Both the position numbers and the translations under genes were made by a program. From an uncultured Clostridia bacterium (GTDB lineage Bacteria; Bacillota; Clostridia; TANB77; CAG-508), in the NCBI GenBank assembly GCA_944388705.1, contig CALXJU010000003.1, forward strand, positions 3,501 to 67,500: a DNA stretch of 64,000 nt, given 5' to 3'. The notes under the pieces are model-generated. The model did no database searches. It saw only the letters and a list, made by a program, of their open reading frames with translations, and was not told the origin of the DNA. Positions 45,346-53,500 of this stretch are shown here, piece by piece (the first letter of the stretch is position 1; each line of letters starts with the position of its first letter).

Positions 45346-46221
45346 TTAAATTTTTTCAACTTTTTGTTTTAGTGTGTTTTTTAGTTCAGGAGAGCATTCT
45401 ACTAAAGGAAGTCTAGGCTTACCAAAATTAAAACCTAATAAATTAATTGTTTCTTTTACTGGAATAGGATTAGTTTCAACAAATAAAGCTTCAATTAAAG
45501 GCAAAGCTTCTAATTGATAATAACAAGCTTCTGTAATGGCATTTTTAAAAAAGGAATTTGTAATACTACATGTAAGTTTTGGTGCAACATTGGATAAAAC
45601 AGAGATTACACCTTTTCCACCTAATGAAAGTATTGGTAAAATTTGGTCATCATTACCAGAATATATAGCAAAATCGTCACCACAAAGATGTGCAATTTTG
45701 GCTATTTGTGAAATATTGCCACTAGCTTCTTTAATTCCAACAATATTATCAATTTTAGAAAGTTCAAAACATGTTTCTGGAAGAATATTCATACCTGTTC
45801 TACTTGGAACATTATATAAAATGATTGGAATTGAAACAGAAGTTGCAATTGCTTTAAAATGCTCGATTAATCCTTTTTGAGTAGTTTTGTTATAATATGG
45901 TGTAACAACTAAAAGTCCATCTGCTCCAAGACTTTCTGCAATTTTTGACATTTCAATTGCAGAAGATGTATTATTTGAGCCAGTTCCAACAATTACAGGA
46001 ACTCTTTTTTTGGTTGTATTAATTGCACATTTTATTGCTTCAATTTCTTCATCTTTAGTCATTGTACTAGATTCACCAGTAGTACCACAAACAACTAAAG
46101 CATCAATCCCAGATTCTATCTGAAAATTTATAAATTTTTCAAACTCGGGAATATTAATACCTTGAGCATTAAAAGGAGTAGCAAGTGCAGTTGCAACACC
46201 TGTAAATAAACATTTTTTCAT
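45346..46221 (-). CDS. dapA: 4-hydroxy-tetrahydrodipicolinate synthase
   Basis: GVATALATPF, VCGTTGES, PYYNK, and the typical length of 291 aa. Confidence 0.9.
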   Translation of the reverse strand: MKKCLFTGVATALATPFNAQGINIPEFEKFINFQIESGIDALVVCGTTGESSTMTKDEEIEAIKCAINTTKKRVPVIVGTGSNNTSSAIEMSKIAESLGADGLLVVTPYYNKTTQKGLIEHFKAIATSVSIPIILYNVPSRTGMNILPETCFELSKIDNIVGIKEASGNISQIAKIAHLCGDDFAIYSGNDDQILPILSLGGKGVISVLSNVAPKLTCSITNSFFKNAITEACYYQLEALPLIEALFVETNPIPVKETINLLGFNFGKPRLPLVECSPELKNTLKQKVEKI

Positions 46222-46222
46222 A

Positions 46223-47212
46223 TTACACCTCCATCAATTTTTCCATAATTTGAATTGCATTAGTTGCAGCACCTTTTCTTAGATTGTCAGCTACAACCCA
46301 CAGATTAAGTCCATTTTTTATACTATAGTCTTTACGTATTCTACCAACAAAAACTTCATCATGCCCATTTGCAATTTCTGATGTTGGATAAACATTATTT
46401 TTTATATCATCTTTTACAATAATTCCAGGAGATTTTTCTAGAACTGAAACTACTTCATTAATTTCAAAAGTTTTTTCAAATTCAATATTAATTGATTCTC
46501 CATGACAATTTGCAACTGGTACACGAACCGCTGTTGCTGTAATTGGTAAATATGGATGACCTAGGATTTTTCTTGTTTCATTAATTAATTTCATTTCTTC
46601 TTTTGTATATCTGTTTATTAAAAATGAATCAATATGTGGTAAGCAATTATCATAAATGGGATGTGAGAATTTTAAAAGGGGTTTATCTTTAGAAACATTT
46701 TTTAAGTCTTCTAGTCCGAATTTTCCAGCACCAGATACTGCTTGATATGTTGAATAAACTATTCTTTTGATTTTAAATTTGTCGTCTAAGGGTTTTAAAA
46801 CTACAACTGCTTGGATTGTAGAACAATTTGGATTTGCAATAATTCCACTATGGTTTAATACATCTTGAAAATTTACTTCTGGAACTATTAGTGGTACATC
46901 TTCTTCCATTCTAAATGTACTACTATTATCTATTACGATGCAACCTTTTGAAACTGCTATTGGTGCAAAATGTCTTGAAGTTTCTCCACCAGCAGAAAAT
47001 ATTGCAAAATCAAAGCCTTCATCAAATGAATTATCTTTTAATTCCTGTGCTATATATTCTTTACCCAAAAAAGTTATTTTTTGACCTGCAGATTTTGAAG
47101 AACAAAACAATGTATATTCAATATTTGGAATATTTTTTTCTTCTAATACTTTTAGAGCTGTTCTACCTACTAATCCAGTAGCTCCTACAATTGCTAATTT
47201 ATATTTTTTCAT
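46223..47212 (-). CDS. asd: Aspartate-semialdehyde dehydrogenase
   Basis: LAIVGATGLVG and IIANPNCSTI (catalytic Cys). ATG at 47212 with a GGAGG RBS. Confidence 0.9.
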   Translation of the reverse strand: MKKYKLAIVGATGLVGRTALKVLEEKNIPNIEYTLFCSSKSAGQKITFLGKEYIAQELKDNSFDEGFDFAIFSAGGETSRHFAPIAVSKGCIVIDNSSTFRMEEDVPLIVPEVNFQDVLNHSGIIANPNCSTIQAVVVLKPLDDKFKIKRIVYSTYQAVSGAGKFGLEDLKNVSKDKPLLKFSHPIYDNCLPHIDSFLINRYTKEEMKLINETRKILGHPYLPITATAVRVPVANCHGESINIEFEKTFEINEVVSVLEKSPGIIVKDDIKNNVYPTSEIANGHDEVFVGRIRKDYSIKNGLNLWVVADNLRKGAATNAIQIMEKLMEV

Positions 47213-47303
47213 GTGAGCCTCCTTATATTTAAATATATTCAATTATATGAATTTATATTTGTTTTGGAGATTGTTTTGAATAAAAAATACTTAATGATTT
47301 TCC

Positions 47304-47472
47304 TTAATTAGATAAATTAACGATAGAAAAATTTTACCAAAAACTATAGTTGATTTTATTTAAATATAATATTTTACCAATTTATGCTTTTAAAATCTAT
47401 CAAAAAATTTTTAAATATCTTGATTTTATTACTATTTATTGATATATTCTAATCGTTAATTTATCTAATTAA
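47304..47472. promoter_or_regulatory. Candidate invertible promoter segment: 127 bp flanked by perfect 21-bp inverted repeats
   Basis: TTAATTAGATAAATTAACGAT (47304-47324) and its exact reverse complement (47452-47472). Inside is TTGATT-17-TATATT with a TG extension (47420-47448), facing the giant gene. Confidence 0.55.
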
Positions 47473-47567
47473 AGAAATAAGGTATTTACAAATATCTTAA
47501 AAAATTATATAATAAAAATGTAGCAAAATATAAAAATTACTTGTAAAAAGAAAACGGAGGAAGAAAA

Positions 47568-50500
47568 ATGGAGAAAAATAAAAAAATAAATAGAAAAAAT
47601 GAAAGAGGAGCAATAACATTATTTGTATTATTAGCATGCCTCTTTTTTGTGTTTATATTAACAGGAGTATATGTATATAATTTAAACAAAATGCAAACAC
47701 AGGAACAAAATATAAAACAAATACAAGAAAATTATGCAAGAGATATAAACAATATAGATGAAATATATAATGAGTTATCAAAAAGTATAAAACTTGAATT
47801 AACACAAGAGCCTGAAAATGGAATATGGAGCCAAGAAGTAACATTAATAGGAAATGCAGAAGTAAAAGAAGGAAAAATAGTAACAATAGAAGAATATGCA
47901 TTTAGTAAAGATAGCACAGATGAGACAATGTTAGAGTGGGAAATAGCAGATAATGGAGAAAGAATAACAGAAACAACAAAAGTAACAGAAGGAGGAACAT
48001 ATTATTTTTGGGTAAAAGATAGTGAAGGAGAAATATATCAGTCAAATCCAGTAGAAGTAACAAATATAGATAGAACAGAACCAACAGCAGGAAGCATAGT
48101 AGCAAAAGAAGAAAATGCAAGTGGAGAAGAATATGATTTAACAAAAAGTCCATGGACAGATAAAAGTGTTTATGTAGAAAAAGTAGATGGAACAGATGGA
48201 GAGTCAGGACATGGAGAGACAACATATACAGTAAAAAAAGATGGAATAACAATACATGAAAATATAAAAGACCCAGTAATATTGGAAGAAAGTGGAATAT
48301 ATCAAATAGTAGTAACAACAAAAGATAATGCAGGAAATGAAGCAACAAGTAAACCATATGAAATAAAAATAGATAAAGTAGTACCAGTATTAGCATTAAA
48401 ACATAATGATGCAAATGGAGAAGATTATGATGGAACATGGACAAAAGACGATTTATATGGAGAAGTAAATATAGATACAAGTAGTACAGGAAAAAGTGTA
48501 GAAAAATACCAATATTCATATAATGGAGTAATATGGAATGATATATCAAGTGAAATAGTACCAACAAGCATAGATTATACAACGACATTTCCAATGAATG
48601 AAGATAAACCAGAGTGGATAAATGGACCAATAAATAATGGGGATTATTATTTTGAAGTACAAGAAGACGGAACATTAAAACCAACAAATGGAGGAAGTAC
48701 AGGAAATGATAACAAAAATACAGTAGCAAATAGCTATTTTGAAATAGACTTAACAGATTATCCAGAAGCAGAATTACAGATAACAATAAATGCAACAATA
48801 TCAAGTGAAGGTGCAGATAGAGGATATGCAACAATAACAACAAGTGAAACGGCACCTTTATATAATTCAACAGATGGAAGATTTATATATGTATCAGGTT
48901 CAACAAAAACAGAAGACCATACAACAACATTAACAGGAGGGCAAAAATACTATTTACATATAGGATATAGAAAAGATGGCTCTGTTTCAAGTAATCAAGA
49001 TATGTTTATAATAAATAGTATAAGATTACAATCAGAAACATTGGGAAGTAATATAAATTTCACAGAATATAGAAAAGAAGGAAATAAGATAACATTTAAA
49101 TTACAAGAAGATGTAGAAGAAGAGATATATATAAGAGCAGTATATACAGATGGAACAACAAGTAAATATGGAGATAAAACAACAATAAAAATAGATAAAA
49201 CAGCACCAGTAATAGAAAATTTAAACATAGAAATAACATCAATAACAGAAGCAAAAGTAGACATAAAAGTAACAGAGGATGCTTCTGGAATGAGAGGATA
49301 TTATATAAGTACAGAGAATACAGAACCAACAGAAGAAAATAACTGGGTAGAACAAAGCTTAAAAGAATTTACAATAGAAGGATTAAATACAGATACAATA
49401 TATTATTTATGGTTGATAGATAATGTAGGAAATATATCAGAAAGACAAGAAGTGATAATTGAAAAAGTTAATTATCAAATAGATGGAAAAGAAATAGCAG
49501 TAACTTTACAAGAAGCAATAGAAAAAGCCTCAGATGGTTCAACAATAGAATTATTAAATGACTATACAGATACAAGTACAGCCACATTTAGTAAAAATAT
49601 AACATTTGATGTGCAAGGATATACATTAACAAGAGATAAAACAATAACAATAAATAGTGGAAAAGAAGTAGAAATAACAGGAACAGGAAAAATAACAAGT
49701 GAAGTAAATAATATAGATACAATAACAAATAATGGAACATTAACAATAAGTGATAGCCTAACAATAGAAAACATGTCAACATCAAGTAGTTATGCACCAA
49801 TATATACTAATAACAGTAATTCTATAACAAATATAAATGATAATGTACAAATAATAGGAAATTATAGAGGAATTTATAATAGTAACGGAACAGTAAATAT
49901 AAATGGAGGAAAAATAGAGGCAACATATGAAGGAAGTAGTGCATATGGAATATATAATTATAGTAGAACAACAGTTAAGACATATATAAATTCAGGAGAA
50001 ATAAAAGGATATTATGGAATATATAATGGAAGTTCATCAACACTAGAGATAACAGGAGGAAAAATAATAGGAACAGGAGCATATGGAGTATATGCATATG
50101 GAACGACGAATGTATATGGAGGAAGGATAGAGGGAAAAACATATGGAGTATATTCGAACAGTACAGATAAAGTAACAATAGGAAGAGAAGAGGACGAATT
50201 AAGTACAACACAACCAGCAATATATGGAGCAAATTATGGAATATATATGAGTAATACAACATATAGTTTTAATTTCTATAATGGAGTAATAATAAGTAAT
50301 ACAAGAAAAACAGCATATAGAGGACAAGTGAATTTAAGAACAGGACATATGACATATACATATATAGATTATGAAGTAGAACAGAAATATTGTACAGTAC
50401 TAACACCAACCGTAGGAAACATAGAAATGAAGGTAGAGCCAACAGAATATACCAACAAAAATGTAACAGTAACAATAACATATCCATATACACAAGGGAT

Positions 50501-53500
50501 AACAAGAGAATATAGCGAAGATGGGACAGAGTGGAAGCAAGCCGATGAATATGTACAAGAAGTAATTGTAGAAGAAAATAGAACAATATATGCAAGAACA
50601 ATCAATGAATCAGGAGTAATAATAGAAGAAAAGCAAATAGAAGTAACAAATATAGATAAAGAAAAACCAACAGTAGAAGTGACACCAAGTCAGACAAAAT
50701 ATACAGTAATAGAGACAAATGGAACAATAGATTTAAATATAACAATAAAAGCACAAGATAGTGGAGTAAGTGGACTAAATCAAATGCAATATGCATGGAT
50801 AGAAGAAGGGAAAACGCCAAGTTATATAGATTTTACAAATGAAATAACAATAAATAAAACAAAACTAAAATTAGGAACATATTATTTATATATAAATGTA
50901 ACAGATAAAGCAGGAAATAAAGCAGATATAGAACAAATAAGATATACAGTAGAATATCAAGAGCCAGTAGCACAAATAGGAGATACAAAGTATCTAACAA
51001 TACAAGAAGCGATAGAAGCATGTAGTAAAACAGCAGGAGAAACACAAACAACAATAGAAATATTAAAAAGTACAGATGAAGAATTTAGTACATATGAAGG
51101 ACAGAATATAATACTAGATTTAAAAGGAAATACAATAGGAAGTTCAAATTCAAACACACCAATATGTACAAATAATGGAACATTGCAAATAGTAGATACA
51201 AGTACAGAAAAAACAGGAAAACTAGAAAGTTTAAATGGAACAGCAATAGAAAATAAAGGAACATTGACAATAGGAGATAATGGTACAGAAATAGAAATGG
51301 AAGTTCCAACAATATATGGAAAACAAATAGGAATAAAAAATGAATACATATTAAATTTCTATGACGGAAAAATTCAAGGAACAGCACCAATCCAAGGAAA
51401 TGTAACAAATACACCTGCAGAATATGGACCAGTATCAACAAATTATGAAAATGGAATAACAACAATACAATTAGGAGTAGTAAGTGGATATGAAGCAAGA
51501 ATAGAATGGGTATATTATACAACAGTACAAGAAGCTATAGATGCAACTCAAATATATAAAGACGGTTATAAAGATACAGTAACAATAATAAAAAATATCC
51601 AATTAAATGAAATACTAGAAATAAATTCTATAAAAAATGTAATATTGGATTTGAATGGATATGAATTAACAGTTGTAGATGGAAATAATAGAGTAATAAA
51701 TAATTATGGAAATTTAGAAATTACAGATAGTAGTGTAGAAGAAACTGGAGTACTTACAATAACATCAACAAGTACTTGTTACGGAATTTATAACAATGAA
51801 AAAGGAAAAGTAATCGTTTCAAAAGGAGATATAAAAAGTACTTTTTATGGAATTTACAATAATAGTAGTGAAGATATAGAAATAAGAGGTGGAAATATAT
51901 ATTGTACAAGTACAAATTATGTTTATGGTATATATAATAATAATGGAGGAGATATAATAATAGAAGGAGGAAACATAAGTAATACTAATACTACTAATAA
52001 TAGTTCCTATGGAATTTATAATAGGTATGGAAATATATTTATAAATAAAGGAGAAATAACTAGTATTTCAGGAAGCAGTAATTATGGAATTTACAATGCA
52101 AATGATGGAAATGTGATAATAACAGATGGAATAGTACAAGCAGTATATTATGGTAATTCATCATCTTACAGTTATGGAATTTATAATGCTAAAAATGGCA
52201 ATATTATAGTTAAAGGTGGAGAGGTAACAAGTAGTACAAAGTATAGCTATTATGCAAGTAATGCTATTTACAATGAAAAAGATGGAAGTGTAATAATTGA
52301 AGGTGGTGTGTTGAATGCAAAAGGTGCTAATTCTGTTTTTGGAATTGTTAATAAAGGAAAATTAGAAATGAACGGTGGGGTTATAAAAGGTGGAGAGGCA
52401 ACATATGGTGGAAAAGGAATTCGCAACATAGATAATGGAATTGTGGAAATAAATGGAGGAGAAATATACGGAATAAGGAGTACATCAATTTATAATGAGG
52501 ATAGTGGAAAAATAATAATAAATGATGGTATTATAAGGTCAAGTGATATTAGATCTAGCTCTGCTTCTAATAGTAGTAGTGTTTATAATGCTAGTAATGG
52601 AGAAATAATTATAAGAGGTGGCGAATTTTACTGTGTCGGAGATGGTGCTACTGTATATGGAGTATATAACAATAGTGATGGAACTATAATTATAGGTAAT
52701 AAAGAAGATGGACAGTTATCAAATCAAACTCCAAATATTAAGGCTGAATATACCGGAACTTCCTCATCATATAATGGATATGGTGTATATAATTCAATTG
52801 GCATAATAGAGTTTTATGATGGAATAATACAAGGAAGCTCAAATGCATTATATGGTAATATAGGAAAAATAGAAGATGGGTGTAAATTGGAAGAAAAGGA
52901 AGTTGATGGAAATGATGCAATATATCTAGTTAATAATACTGAAAAAGAAAATATAGTTCAAGTAGATAATACAAAATATACAGCATTATCAGAAGCAATA
53001 GATAGTATAGGAGAAAATGAAGAAAAGAAAATAGTAGTATTAAAAGATTTTGAAATATCAGAACCAGTATTGTTTAATAAAAATATAATATTAGATTTAA
53101 ATGGAAAAAAGGTTACGAATAAATACTATAGAATAGAAAATATAAATAATTTAACTATAACTGATTCATCATTAGAGGAAAGCGGCTTAATTGAGACAAC
53201 GGTAAATCCGGCAATATTGAACTCAGAAAATAAAATAAATATATCTAGAGGAAATATAAATTGTTCTGACATTACTTATGGAATTTATAATAAATATGGA
53301 GATATAGAAATAACAGGAGGAAATATAACTTTTAATAATACTAGCTATGGAATATTTAATGCTAATAATGGAAATATAAAAATAATAAATGGAACGGTAG
53401 AATGTACAAGTACTTATGCTATATATAATAATGATGTCGGAAGTATAGAAGTAACAGGAGGAACAGTAAGCATTAAAAATAGAACTACCAGTGGCACTAC

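Noticed and set aside
47213-47567. Looked for a lysine riboswitch or T-box upstream of asd-dapA
   Set aside because: The region is almost pure A/T and has none of the G+C-rich conserved helices of an L-box or T-box. Only promoter-like hexamers and the IR-flanked segment are present.
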